The notes: generated from the letters alone by a model not told the origin. A stretch of 64,000 bases of DNA from Octopus vulgaris (GCA_951406725.2 OX597831.1:77810001-77874000), one strand, 5' to 3'; positions 1 to 14,570 are shown, numbered from the stretch's first letter. Made by a program: numbers and translations.

Positions 1-147
1 TAGCGGTTCGGCAAAAGAGACCGATAGAACAAGTACTGGGCTTACAAAGAATAAGTCCCGGGGTCGATTTGCTCGACTAAAGGCGGTGCTATAGCATGGC
101 CGCAGTCAAATGACTGAAACAAGTAAAAGAGTAAAAGAGTAAAGAGT
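1..147 (+). mobile_element. SINE family A, 3' part (truncated by window edge)
   Basis: tagcggttcggcaaaagagaccgatag...gcatggccgcagtcaaatgactgaaacaagtaaaagag matches many other copies in the window; short gtaaaaga tandem tail. Confidence 0.85.
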
Positions 148-156
148 ATATATATG

Positions 157-365
157 CGTATCATTCGCCATATTGGACTGCTGAACTATAGACGTTTTTT
201 TTTTTAAATTCTCGCTCTATATATTTCGTCTTATTCCTTTCTGCTAAAGATCGTAGCCTCGAAACGTAAAGGACATTTTCATTTTTCCCGAGCGTCCAAC
301 TAATAAACTTCCTTGCTGTTCACACACCTGTCTTCGTATTTTGTTTTATGTTCTATAAATTTCAA

Positions 366-368
<3 letters not shown>
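157..368 (+). mobile_element. Penelope-like pLTR/retrozyme-type element with decayed hammerhead
   Basis: ctgctaaagatcgtagcctcgaaacgtaaagg (241-272) and downstream gagcgtccaa, shared with the 18.6, 29.8 and 30.2 kb copies; ends in (TA)n. Confidence 0.55.
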
Positions 369-548
<180 letters not shown>

Positions 549-758
549 AAACAAGTCAAAATAGAAAATGCTAAAATAATTTTCTAAAGAACATTTCAGT
601 ACTGGTTTCGGTCATTTTGAGACCTTTTCAACTGTAACGATTAAATAATTAAATTTAGAAAAAGTTCTTTTAAAAGGAATATTCGTATAGTGTTCAAATA
701 TAAGTGGCATTCTGCCTTTCTCTGTCTCCCTTGTTTGCACTTGTGTGTTCGAGGCCGT

Positions 759-823
<65 letters not shown>

Positions 824-833
824 ATTGATAGAT

Positions 834-917
<84 letters not shown>

Positions 918-1188
918 CACACTGCACGCGTGTGTGTGTATTTCTATGTGTGTGATTTTTTCCCCACTCACCATTTAAAAATCCTAAAGAGTTCCTTTCA
1001 ACACACGGCCATAATGCTCCTCCACTACTATCTTGACCAGAGATGCACGTCTCATCAGCCACTGAGAGACATGCTCAACTGGTTAAGATCAAGCAAATGA
1101 CAAGCAAATCTCTGGTACTGAGCAGAATATTTGCTGTAGCTCATCTTGTACACCAAAACAAAACAATGTACATGTTAATACCTCCACT

Positions 1189-1542
1189 AGTGGAGGCGCA
1201 ATGGCCCAGTGGTTAGGGCAGCGGACTCGCGGTCATAAGATCGCGGTTTCGATTCCACCTAAAAGCTCCACGAGGCTCCGGCAGGGGATGGTGGTGATCC
1301 CTGCTGTACTCTTTCACCACAACTTTCTCTCACTCTTACTTCCTGTTTCTGTTGTGCCTGTATTTCAAAGGGTCAGCCTTGTCACTCTCTGTGTCACGCT
1401 GAATATCCCCGAGAACTACGTTAAGTGTACACGTGTCTGTGGAGTGCTCAGCCACTTACACGTTAATTTCACGAGCAGGCTGTTCCGTTGATTCGGATCA
1501 ACCGGAACCCTCGTCGTCGTAACCGACGGAGTGCTTCCATCC
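1189..1542 (+). mobile_element. tRNA-headed SINE family C (head AGTGGAGGCGCAATGG) with tail type a
   Basis: A-box-like tggcccagtgg and B-box-like ggtttcgattcc; 12-bp TSD aatacctccact at 1177-1188 and 1543-1554. Confidence 0.9.
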
Positions 1543-1625
1543 AATACCTCCACTGAGTTAAGAGGCCATGAGAGCCACTACTTGCTGCTGCATCAGATTA
1601 TTATTATTGTCGTTGTTCTTGTTTA

Positions 1626-1850
1626 AGGTGGCGAGATGTCTGAATCGTTACCGCGCCGGAGAAAATGCCTGCCGGCATTTCGTCCGGCTTTAGAGTCTGA
1701 CTTCCAATTCCACCGAGGACAACTTCGCCTTTCATCGTTTCGGGGAGGGGGGGTCCATGAATTGAGTACCAATTGAGTACAGGTGTCTCGATATAATAGA
1801 ATTATTCCATTTCACGAACTTGCAGGCCTTGTGCCAAAATTTGAAATCGT
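1626..1850 (+). mobile_element. SINE family B, decayed
   Basis: ggtggcgag...gaatcgtta...gcctttcatc...agtacc matches the intact copy at 38815-39048. Confidence 0.75.
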
Positions 1851-1951
1851 TATTATCCTTGTATCAATTTCTTTTCGGGGTGGGGGGGGCAAGAAAATAA
1901 AATAGCAGTCACACCCCACACTCCCCCGAGACTTGTTGCCCTTGTGCCAAA

Positions 1952-2378
<427 letters not shown>

Positions 2379-2825
2379 CATCATTATTATTATTATTATT
2401 ATTATCATTTGTCGGCTGTTCCACTATCTTTATAAAATATGCACCATACCTAACATTCCAAACATTCTGTGAATGGGAAACACGTGCGCCGAGAGCTTGG
2501 TCTACATAAGGTCTCACACACAAGCGAGTCTTATCAGTGTAGGGTTGTTGTTGTTGTTGTTTTTATTCACAAAGATGATAGTGGCGGTGGTACTGAAGGT
2601 GGTGGTGGTGGTGGTGCTAGTTGTAGTAATAGTAGTAGTGGCGGTGGTGATGGCGGTAGTAGTGGTTATTGTTGCATATTTCATTTCTCTTTCTTCATCT
2701 CTCTTTCTTTCTCCGTATAAATATATACATGCATATGTGTATATATGTATATATGTATATACGTACATACATACATATATATATAGATATATATAGATAT
2801 ATGTATATATATGTATATGTATATT

Positions 2826-2872
<47 letters not shown>

Positions 2873-2965
2873 ATATATATATATTTGTATATATATATAT
2901 GCATGTATGTATTTATATATATATATATATATGCATATATGTATATATATATATACTCTCTCTCT

Positions 2966-3189
2966 CACTTTTACTTGTTTCAGACATTTGACTGTGGCCA
3001 TGCTGGAGCACCGCCTTTAGTAAAGTAAATCGACCCCAGGACTTATTCGTTGTAAGCCCAGTACTAATTTTATCGGTCTCTTTAGCCGAACCGCTAAGTT
3101 ACGGAGACATAAACACACCAGCATCGGTTGTCTGGCGATGCTGGGGGAACAAACACAGCCACACAAACATGTACACACACATACATACA

Positions 3190-3228
<39 letters not shown>

Positions 3229-3360
3229 GATACGACGGGCTTCTTTCAGTTTCCGTCTACCGAATCCCATGACAAGGTTTTGGTCGACACTTGCCCACTC
3301 GCAATGGGCCTGAACCCGGAACCATATTGTTCGTAAGCAAGCTACGTACCACACAGCCAT
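2966..3360 (-). mobile_element. SINE family A with internal microsatellite
   Basis: Reverse complement of the family A consensus; (TA)n at the usual internal site. Confidence 0.85.
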
Positions 3361-3418
3361 GTATGTATATATGTATGTATGTATGTATCTATATGGACAG
3401 ACAGACAGACAGACAGAC

Positions 3419-3483
<65 letters not shown>

Positions 3484-3681
3484 CGTTTATTTGTATATAT
3501 TGTGAAACGTACCCACCTCTTTAGCATAGGGATATACATGGTGCACACACCCTCCCCACACGTATACAATATACACACAGGTGTGTGTGTGTGTCTTTTG
3601 TGTTTAAACTTTCGTTTTCTTCCTCTCTTTCTCCATCAGTATACACTCAAAGATATGTATCCGTATGTGTATAACTACATA

Positions 3682-3777
<96 letters not shown>

Positions 3778-4403
3778 TATGTGTGTGTGTGTGTGTGTGT
3801 GTATTTATACAATACACTCTTTCTTTATACCACATTATCTTTCTCTCCGTTCTCTTTTTTTTTATGTTCTCGTGTAGATGTTTGTACGTGTGTGTCTCAG
3901 TGCCCGCCAATGTTGTGTATATAAGGGTGTATTAATTAGAACAATGCGTTTGTTGGTTGCTGAAAGATATTTCAATTTTGCCTAACGTTTTAGTGGTGAT
4001 GAATTTCCTAGTTCTGTTGGTTTTATTTCATATCACGTCTTTAATAACGAAAGAAAGAGAGAGATAAAATGAAGGCAAGATGGACCAGGTTGATAGAGAT
4101 AGTTAGATAAAGCAAAAAAACAAACAAGAACAAAAAAGAAGATGGAACATAGACTGAGAAATACACACAAGAATGAATATATATATGAATATATACATGC
4201 ATATATATATATATATATATACATATGTATACACACACGCACTTGTGTGTATACAGTTGATTACAAGAAATGTCTTATTGACACAAGAAGAATGTATGGA
4301 GAAAGCAGAAATATGATACTCTCTCTCACTTTTTCTCTCTCTCCTTCTTTTCTCGCACCCTGTTTTCACTCTCTACTACAGACACCCCCTCACTCAATGT
4401 ATG

Positions 4404-4469
<66 letters not shown>

Positions 4470-4702
4470 TACACACCCATATATGTATATATACGTGTGT
4501 GTGTATGCGTGCGTGCCTGTGTGTGAGTGTATATACATTTGTACTTATGCATACATACGTATACACATACACCATACACACATATATATGTATATATATG
4601 TATATACATATACATATATCTATGTATGTGTGTATATATATATATATGCATATGCACATCTATGTATTTAGAGCTTCGTATACACACACATATACGCACA
4701 CA

Positions 4703-4747
<45 letters not shown>

Positions 4748-4852
4748 TCACACACGCACATATGCGTACATCTCTCTATACATGCCTGAAGTTACATATA
4801 TCTATCTATCTAGCTATTTATCTATCCATCTCTCTCTTCCTCTCTCCCTCTC

Positions 4853-4885
<33 letters not shown>

Positions 4886-4925
4886 CAGAACACTCACGTC
4901 CTCAGACACATATCTATTTTTCTGC

Positions 4926-4977
<52 letters not shown>

Positions 4978-5700
4978 TTTATTTTTCTTTTCGTGAGCAA
5001 AGAAGCGCATAAAACGGAACACATAAGACCACACATTCGTGTCTTTACCGCTAAATACCTCAATACCCAGTTATGACCCCACATACCTACAAACAAAGCT
5101 ATGTACCTACATACCTACATATCTGCATACATCAATATCTAATAGCCAGATAGATTAGTTATCTATTTAACTATCTCTTTTATTATCGCCATCGTTGCTA
5201 CAATTTTATTTCTTTATTTATTCTTCTCTTTGTCAATCTCAACAGTACATTTATACATTTTTATCTGAATTTTTGAACTGTTGTTTGTCTGGTTCTGCAA
5301 GCCTTTGCTGTTTCACCTCTTCGCTCTCTGTTTGTCTGTCTGCCTCTCTCTCTTCGTCTCTGTCTGTCTCTCTGTCTCTCTCTTTCTCCCTCCCTCTCTC
5401 TCTCTCCACACACACACACACATACACAGACACAACGTACTGTACTGTTATTAATGTGATCATCAAAAAACAAAACAACAAAAAAATGTACTCCATCTGG
5501 TTAGAGATAAAAGTATAATGCATAATACACACAGGGTTGAAATTCGAACTACTCTTAGTTTCATGCTTCTGGAAGTTCGACGGTCGGACAAGCTTCTTAA
5601 GCGTAATGCGTTTTTCCAAACAACCATAAAACACCATTCTTCTTCTAAGAAACATGAAACTAAGAGAAACTCAATTAGAAATTCTGTGAACTAGATTCTG

Positions 5701-5771
<71 letters not shown>

Positions 5772-5846
5772 CTATCGCTCTCTCTCTCTCACTCACTCAC
5801 TCACTCATTCACTCACTCACTCACTCACTTTCTCTCTTTCTCTCTC

Positions 5847-5925
<79 letters not shown>

Positions 5926-5927
<2 letters not shown>

Positions 5928-6029
5928 GAGTTGTTTCCCAACCACAAGGTTCCGGGTTCCGTACCACTACGTGGCACCTTGGGCAAGAGTGAGTGAATTT
6001 GGTTGACGGAAACTGAAAGAAGTTCGACC

Positions 6030-6079
<50 letters not shown>

Positions 6080-6332
6080 TCTGTGTGTGTGTGTGTGTTT
6101 GTGTGTGAACCTTTGTGTCTGTGCTTTTCCCCCAACACCGTTTGACAACTGGTGTTGGTGTGTTTACGTCCCCGCACCTTAGCGGTTCGGAATAAGAAAC
6201 CGATAAAATAAGTACCAGGCTTTAAAAGATAAGTACTTATGTTGATTCATTCGACTAAAAATTCAAGGTGGTGCCCCAGCATGGCCGCAGTCTAATGACT
6301 GAAAGAAACAAAAGAAAAAGATAAATAAAAGA
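5926..6332 (+). mobile_element. SINE family A
   Basis: ggttccgggttcc...gacggaaactgaaagaag...microsatellite...ccagcatggccgcagtc. Confidence 0.85.
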
Positions 6333-6360
6333 TACACACATATATATTTTATTTATTTAT

Positions 6361-6792
6361 TGTTTTACCCATTCAGTAATTCGACTGCGGCCATGCTGGA
6401 GCATTGCTTTAAAAGGTTTTAAGTCGAAGAAATCGACCCCAGGACTTATTCTTTGTAAGCCTAGTACTTATTTATTTTTGCCGAACCGCTAAGTTACGGG
6501 GACGTAAGCACTCCAACATCGCTTTCCAGTGATGATGGTGGGGACAAACAGACATAAAGACACACACACATAAATACATACGCATATATATGCACACATA
6601 CACACACACTCGCGCATATATATATATATTTATACATACATACGGGCTTCCTCCAGTTTCCGTCTGCCAAATTCACTCACAAGACTTTGTTCGGCTCGCG
6701 GCAATATTAGAAGACACATGTCCTAGGTTCCACGCAGTGGAACTGAAGCCGGAATCATGTTGTTGAGAAGCAAGCTTCTTACCACACAGCCA
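6361..6792 (-). mobile_element. SINE family A, tail-to-tail with the previous copy
   Basis: gactgcggccatgctgg...ccacacagccac. Confidence 0.85.
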
Positions 6793-6943
6793 CACACACA
6801 CACAATTACACACACATCTGTATGGAGAGAGATGTGTGTCTTGCCAGGTTTAAAGCATTCATGTTATGTCGTATATCCCGTTGGTGCCCCTATGATTCTA
6901 TTGGGCTAAGAGGCGCCAAGCAAAAGACCAACAACTGTATTTA

Positions 6944-7349
6944 TACTCTTTTTACTCCTTTACTTGTTTCAGTCATTTGACTGCGGCCATGCTGGAGCAC
7001 CGCCTTTTTTAGTCGATCAAATCGACCCCGGGACTTATTCTTTGTAAGCCCAGTACTTATTCTATCGGACTCTTTTGCCGAACCGCTAAGTGGCGGGGAC
7101 GTAGACACACCAGCATCGGTTGTCAAGCAATGCTAGGGGGACAAATACAGACACACAAACACATGCACACACATATATATACATACATATATACGACGGG
7201 CTTCTTTCAGTTTCCGTCTACCAAATCCACTCACAAGGCATTGGTCGGCCCGGGACTATAGCAGAAGACACTTGCCCAAGATGCCACGCAGTGGGACTGA
7301 ACCCGGAACCATGTGGTTGGTTAGCAAGCTACTTACCACACAGCCACTC
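6944..7349 (-). mobile_element. SINE family A, near full-length and little diverged
   Basis: Complete head (reverse complement gtggctgtgtggtaagtagcttgc...ggttccgggttcagtccc), internal microsatellite and tail. Confidence 0.9.
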
Positions 7350-7576
7350 GTTTGTATTTAAAAGTATTAAGACATAAAAATATTATAAGAATATCAACGA
7401 TTGAAACTTATAAGTCTACATTTCCAAAATTTCGGCTTTGAATGGCTTTACGAATGAAAATCTAAAAACCAAATGTAGCTTTGACCAGCGCTGGCATGTG
7501 TGAAACGGGCGTGGCGGCAGCAGTGTTACATTATCCGATGAGTATTGCTCAGTACTTTGTTTTTGAGAGAGTGATA

Positions 7577-7826
7577 CAGTCGTGGCCAAAAGTTCGGAAA
7601 ATATTATAAAATATTAAAATCATGCTCAAGTACAATTCGATTCAAATGTATACAACATAGAGATATACTTATCTAATAACTAATTTAATGGTTCGATTCT
7701 AATATTCAAACCTATCTTCCAAACTTTGGCCAAATATTAACATATTGCAAATTAAATATAACTTTAGGCATTTAATAAGAAATTTCTGATTCTCAAATCT
7801 CTGTTCCAAACTTTGGGCTATGACTG
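7577..7826. mobile_element. Tc1/mariner-type MITE
   Basis: TIRs cagtcgtggccaaaagttcggaa and ttccaaactttgggctatgactg, flanked by TA on both sides; internal repeat of the TIR motif near 7717. Confidence 0.8.
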
Positions 7827-8090
7827 TATAGTTTATTTATAAAGAAAACGCCTTTAACCACGATTCATGGACATCATAATTTTCCAAGTACTTTCATGTT
7901 TGTTAACAGTCTTCAGGTAAACGTCAATTGTGAAATGTTTTAGCAATTTGTTAATACCTCAAAGTATTTGTAAAATTGTTAAAATGTAACGATACAAAAA
8001 TAAAATGTTAAAATCGCGTACCACGATGGAATTTGATGAATATATTAACACAATTTCACAACTGTTGGACTTGTGTTACTGTGTGCGTGC

Positions 8091-8172
<82 letters not shown>

Positions 8173-8791
8173 GAACAAAGTCCATTAAACGTATGTTTCA
8201 AACTGGAGGGCACTTTTGCATTTAGTTAACGAAAACTTTAAACAGGGACGCATTTCTAATAGCGATAGTCATAGGTAATGTTACAGTAGGAAAAACTAAA
8301 CCAAAACAATGGTGTCTATTCCTGAAGCACAGTAAATGTTACAGAAAAAATTGTCGAACAAATTGCCTCAATCTTCTGGGTAATGTTTTGTTTCACACTT
8401 TATATTTCTGTTCTTTTCGTTGATGTATGCTAAAACTGGATTTTGTTATTGTCTCTCTGGTTTGTTTGGTGTCCAGCGAATAGTCTTGTCAGTTGGAAAA
8501 CCTCTTCTGCAAGGGAAGACATCCAGAATTTATGTTGCGGTTTCCGAATAAACAAATGCATCTACGACAAATACAACCATTTCCTGACCAGAAAAAAAGT
8601 ATAAAAAAAGAAAAACAGATCGAGATTCTTTCCTATTTATCAATAAAAAGTTGGCATTTATATAATGCATATCTCTTCACCAAGGAATGTTTAAAGAGTG
8701 TAGGCTTTCTGGTTAAGAACCTCGCTCTATAATCATGTGGTTCTTGAGTTCTACCCCACGGTATTTTGAGCGAGTGTCTTCTACAAAAGCC

Positions 8792-8855
8792 CTGTGCTTT
8801 ACGTAGGAGGGACGCGGTGCCTAGTTATGCTATTTTCTGTATGTTGTATGTTTTA
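8792..8855 (-). mobile_element. Short R4/Dong-like 3' fragment abutting (TAA)n
   Basis: cgtaggagggacgcggtgcctagttatgctattttctgtatgtt is homologous to 2182-2225; (TTA)n follows to about 9090. Confidence 0.6.
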
Positions 8856-8893
8856 TATTATTATTGCTGTTACTGTTGTTGTTGTTGTTGTTA

Positions 8894-9061
<168 letters not shown>

Positions 9062-9358
9062 CCTTATCATTATTATTATTATTATTATTATGATGTTCGT
9101 GACAAATGAAAACGTTTTTGTTCTCTACTGACAGTAGTTTTTCCCTTCGCCAGGCGCTGTCTTCGAATGGACACAATGAAATGATATCACTGCCTTATCC
9201 AACTATTAAACGGTTTCACCTGGATCACAACAGGTTCGTTTTCTGTCCACCAATAATCCAAGTATCATCACACTCTTTCTGTGAATTTTTGTCCATTCTC
9301 TTTGTTTCTTCTTCACCACCAACTCCCCTTTTCTCTCCATCTGTCCAGATTTCTTTCG

Positions 9359-9406
<48 letters not shown>

Positions 9407-9948
9407 TTATATATATATATTAATTATAGAATTTATATATATATATATTAATTATAGAATTTATATATATATATATATAATAATTATAGAATTTATATAT
9501 ATATATATAATAATTATAGAATTTATATATATATATATATAAATATATATTCTATAATTATAAGCATAATTATTATTAGGGTTCAGCAAATTGCTTCACC
9601 ACATACCGAAATTGAGAAATAGCAGTTAAATACTATTCCTCATAATACTATATATATATATATATATATGTGTTAGTCTTGTTCGTTTCGTCTTACGCGC
9701 TCTGCTCTTATCAAATGATCTCCTATTTTATTATTTTCAGCATTTTTATTGCTTTTTTTTCTTTCAGTATTTTCATGTTTTTCTTTTATGTATTCATTCA
9801 ATCTTTATTTTATATATTTATTTGCTTTGCTGAATTTGTTTGTATCTTTATCTTATCGTATATTTTAACGCATGAATATATATTTTTAAATCTTGTTTTT
9901 TCACTTTCTTTTACAACGGATCAAAACAATGATAACTATACATGCTTA

Positions 9949-10017
<69 letters not shown>

Positions 10018-10626
10018 TAAGAGCTAAGTATAGCAGAGTTAATTATTTAGCCGCAAGTATTTCTCTTTTATAGTTTAATGTTTCTGTTAACGAGTAAAGC
10101 TTTACCAAGTCTTTCCAGTGCTGTGTCAAAGACCTATCTAGAAGTGTTTTTTTTTTCTTTTTATAGCGGAAATAATTCATACCACGAAATATCGTATTGC
10201 AAACACACACATAGATAGAAGCTTCACTTACAAGTATGAATAGAAAAAGAAACGCTAATTGATATAGCCTTGGTTTTATCCTAGATGCAAAAAATCTCGT
10301 AGCTAAATTGTTTTTCGAATTACTCAAGAAATATTTCCCTTGAACGAATTATAAAAAAATTTTATGATAGTATTTACTGTTGAAATCTCTTATTCTAGCT
10401 TACCCAAATTTCCTCAAACACTTATTCATCTCTTTCATTAGTTGACCCCTTTTTAATACATATGAACCTACTATTATGACTGTATCAAATACAATGTATT
10501 CCCACTGGATTCTAAGGGACTAACTACGAATATATTTTAACAGGTACTGCACAAGCTAATCATTTTTTACAGCATATATTCGTTTTATCGTCTAATGCTT
10601 TTAAATTTGCTTCTATATTCATACCC

Positions 10627-10835
10627 TGTGTGTATATGCGTGTGTATATACTTAATGCTGTGGCGTTTTAGTCTGGATGAATCTTGCTATGGAGACTCAG
10701 GATCTCACATATATTGCAGACATGTTTAACACCCCTTTTCTCGAGTACATTGTATTTCTAGGGCCATATTATCCAGTGTGGCCCTCAAATTTCAAGACAG
10801 TAAGATTTGATTTAAGAAAGTCTGCCTGTTATTTC
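10627..10835 (+). repeat. 209-bp local duplication, copy 1 (copy 2 at 12596-12804)
   Basis: Identical apart from aa vs ct near 10787; followed by 17-bp gcacctcatctctgtac about 3 times. Confidence 0.95.
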
Positions 10836-11201
10836 GCACCTCATCTCTGTACGCACCTCATCTCTGTACGCACCTCATCTCTGAAGGAAGCAATGAAATC
10901 GTATCTTTTCCCTTCATCTGATTGTTAATACTTTGAAATGAAGATTGTGCAATTTACCTGGACTGAAATCCTATGCCAGAACAAAAGTAAATGCCATGCA
11001 AACTTTGTATCCTTGAAAGTTTGAGCATTTCTTTTTGCTAAAGACCAATTTGTCACCAAATGTTTTGAAAGAATTTGTTCTTTCCAACATAGAAATCTTA
11101 AGACTTATAAATATTTTCAATAAATCACTTACCTTTACAGGAAACTCTCTTTTCTATACACACAAAGTTGACTTCATTGATCCAAACGGAATGCCCACCT
11201 A

Positions 11202-11403
11202 CAAAGGGGTGCTGAAACGTTCCTGGCTTTCGGTAAAAGAACATACAGGAGGGTCAGTTAATTCTGATTTCATGTAACATAACATGTTGCCCCCTCAGAT
11301 TCACACACTTATTGCGAGCCCTTTAAAACAACTTGGAAATTTGGGCCACCAACCAGGCCTTTCGCGACACCCTTAAAACTAAGAACTTTTCAGCACACCT
11401 TCA
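11202..11403. mobile_element. mariner-type MITE
   Basis: Imperfect TIRs caaaggggtgctgaaacgttcctggcttt and aaaactaagaacttttcagcacaccttca, with TA flanks. Confidence 0.7.
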
Positions 11404-12085
11404 TATATCTTCAAACTGAATTAGTTTACTATAGACTGTTGTTTGTAACCCACCATATCAAACCATTATTCCATTTACCAATAAACATTTCTTCCTACAA
11501 GTATAGAAATCTTAAAACTTATAAATATTTTCAATAAATCCCGTTTACCAGTAAAACTCTTTGCATAAACGCAAAATAAAATTTATTTAGACAAACAAAT
11601 TTCTACCTACATATAATATTAAATTAGTTTACCATTGAATATCTTTTGTACTTCATCATCATTCCCCCTATTATTCCAATTAGAAACACCATCACTATAA
11701 TTTCAATTATTTGTGACATATATACGACAAAACTTATCATCCCAACATACTGACGCAACTCCGTCTTCAGTATATCGCTATATCTTGTCAACAAAATAGG
11801 AGACAGCACGTGGCGTTCCATTAAATAATAAGTCCAAAAATATAATAAATTCAGGAACAAACTGCTGTGCAGTTTTTCTTCCCTCGGCCCATGTGTCGCA
11901 TTTTTTGATGTGTCCACCGGGTCCCTGTGTGGAAGGGCCAGCAAGTTACTTACGTTTGTCTTGACTTCTTAGGCACCTAAACAATTTGTGAAATCATCGT
12001 ACTTGTTACCAGATCATATGTGAACGCTTGCGATGATTGTCGTTATGTAAACATACGTAGAGACATTCAAACACACACATATTAT

Positions 12086-12140
<55 letters not shown>

Positions 12141-12595
12141 AAAATGGTAAGAGAACAAAAGAATATATATATGTGTGTGTGTGCGTGTGTGTGTGTATGT
12201 ATGTATATATATACTTGCTTAAAAATAAATTTTACTGCTACAACCGCCAAAGCAAAACATGTTTGTGTTGTATTTAAAAATAATACCTATCCAAGTTATT
12301 ACAAACCATGATTATATCTATGTCTGCCTACTTGTCTGTCTGTTTATCTATCTGTGTGTTTGTCTGCCTGCCTGCCTGCCAATCTGTCTGTCTGTCTCTC
12401 TCTCTCTCTCTCACTCTCACTCTCTCTCTCTATCTATCTATCAATCTATCTATTTATTTATCTATCAATCTATCTATTTATCTATCTATCTGTCTGTCTA
12501 TTTATCTGTCTATTTATCTCTGTGTGTGTGTCTGTGTATTTGTGCATATGTAAATGGTTACTTGTAAGAGCAAGGATATGTGAGTATGCATGTGA

Positions 12596-12804
12596 TGTGT
12601 GTATATGCGTGTGTATATACTTAATGCTGTGGCGTTTTAGTCTGGATGAATCTTGCTATGGAGACTCAGGATCTCACATATATTGCAGACATGTTTAACA
12701 CCCCTTTTCTCGAGTACATTGTATTTCTAGGGCCATATTATCCAGTGTGGCCCTCACTTTTCAAGACAGTAAGATTTGATTTAAGAAAGTCTGCCTGTTA
12801 TTTC
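12596..12804 (+). repeat. 209-bp local duplication, copy 2
   Basis: See 10627-10835. Confidence 0.95.
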
Positions 12805-12915
12805 AAGCAAACTGACGAAGCTCACACTACCGTATTTCCACATCTCCACACTTACATATTAGATCTGTGCTTGAATTCTTTTGCGTATATATATACATAT
12901 ATACATATATACATA

Positions 12916-13014
<99 letters not shown>

Positions 13015-13405
13015 CGTGTATGTGTTTGTTTGTTTGCTTATATACGTGTATATGTAGACAATAGACGTTCGTTTGTTTGAGCAGATGTGTATAGTTGTGA
13101 ACTTGTGTGCGTATGTATATATATATATTGATGTATACGTGCGTGTGTGTGTGCGTGTGTGTGTGTGTGTGTGTGTAGTGTTCCCATATTTATATAAGCT
13201 TGAGCGTATAGCGACGGCGTTGACGGGGTGAAGAGGCCAAGACAGGTATAAATATGCGTTATACAAGCATAGTAATTATGTAACAATATGTTGGAGTCGA
13301 AGAGTCTGAAAGCTAATTCCAAACAGGAAAGCTTCCAAGAAATTTAATTGTCAAAGAAAAACACGTAGATGAATACACACAAACACATACGTACAAACAT
13401 ACGTA

Positions 13406-13446
<41 letters not shown>

Positions 13447-13546
13447 GATACGTATACATGTATGTTGTGTATGCACTTATGTTTGTTTATATATGCTAAT
13501 ATATATATATGTGCTCAATATGCATATATATATATATATATTTATT

Positions 13547-13627
<81 letters not shown>

Positions 13628-13815
13628 TTATAAATATATACGTGCGCAGATTCATTTACAAAAACATACACTTACATATACATGTATATATGCATATATA
13701 TACATATTTACATATAAATATATATGTATATATATATATATTTATGTGCACTCGTTTCTCTCTATATATACACGCATATATAAATATATGTCCATATATA
13801 TATATATATATATAC

Positions 13816-13916
<101 letters not shown>

Positions 13917-14379
13917 TTGACTGTCAAATGCAATTGTGTTTTGTTTTCTTATTTAAAGAGTAATGTCTTTCTTTTTCTTTTTTCCTCCTCTAATTGTCAA
14001 ATATGAAAGTTTAACTTCGCCGTCGATGTTTTGCTCTTTCGTGGGAATGTACACTCAATTTGTTGGCACATCCTTAACTACGGATATTTTAAAATATTGT
14101 TAGTATTTCTGATCCTACAGTAGATCTTGCTCAATCTTTTTCTCTTTTTCTTTCTCACTTATTCATCGAAATTGACTCTTCATATTCATTTCTTTGTAAG
14201 GTCTCTGTCATTGCTTAGCCTTAGTGATCTCTTCTTCCATGGAGTGACAATCAAGCCATCCGCTGTACTGAGATATCATTTGATGTCATCCCTTTTACAA
14301 AGTTTAGGACGCCTTTACAACAGCTTTCACATTTCTTTCATTCTTGAACACTTCTATCTATTTGTCGGTTTACAATAAT

Positions 14380-14570
14380 CACCATTATTCTTGAATATCT
14401 TCTTTGGAGAATGGTTAGGCATCCTATTTTTAGCTGAAACATTAATTATACATTTCGGGTGGTTAGAATATTTATGAATATAGTGCAGGTTTTCAGTCAA
14501 TTTAGGAAGAGGATCGTTGAATCTGGTTTGAAGATCCAATGTAACATCCAGGAAGCTAACTTTTTTAATG
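14380..14570 (-). pseudogene. Penelope-like reverse transcriptase C-terminal fragment
   Basis: Peptide KVSFLDVTLDLQT...NLHYIHKYSNHPKCII resembles the FLD...YxxxxSNHP motif of PLE RT thumb regions. Confidence 0.65.

Noticed and set aside
1192-1256. tRNA gene
   Set aside because: A/B boxes belong to a SINE head with TSD and tail; no complete cloverleaf or terminator
10836-10883. CRISPR-like repeats (also 42984-43035 and 62723-62857)
   Set aside because: Contiguous tandem units with no spacers, in eukaryotic context with no cas genes
11624-11944. 106-aa minus-strand ORF with hydrophobic stretch
   Set aside because: No recognisable family or gene structure; length within chance range
10627-12804. 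LTR retrotransposon bounded by 209-bp direct repeats
   Set aside because: No CA end, PBS, PPT, TSD or gag/pol remnants
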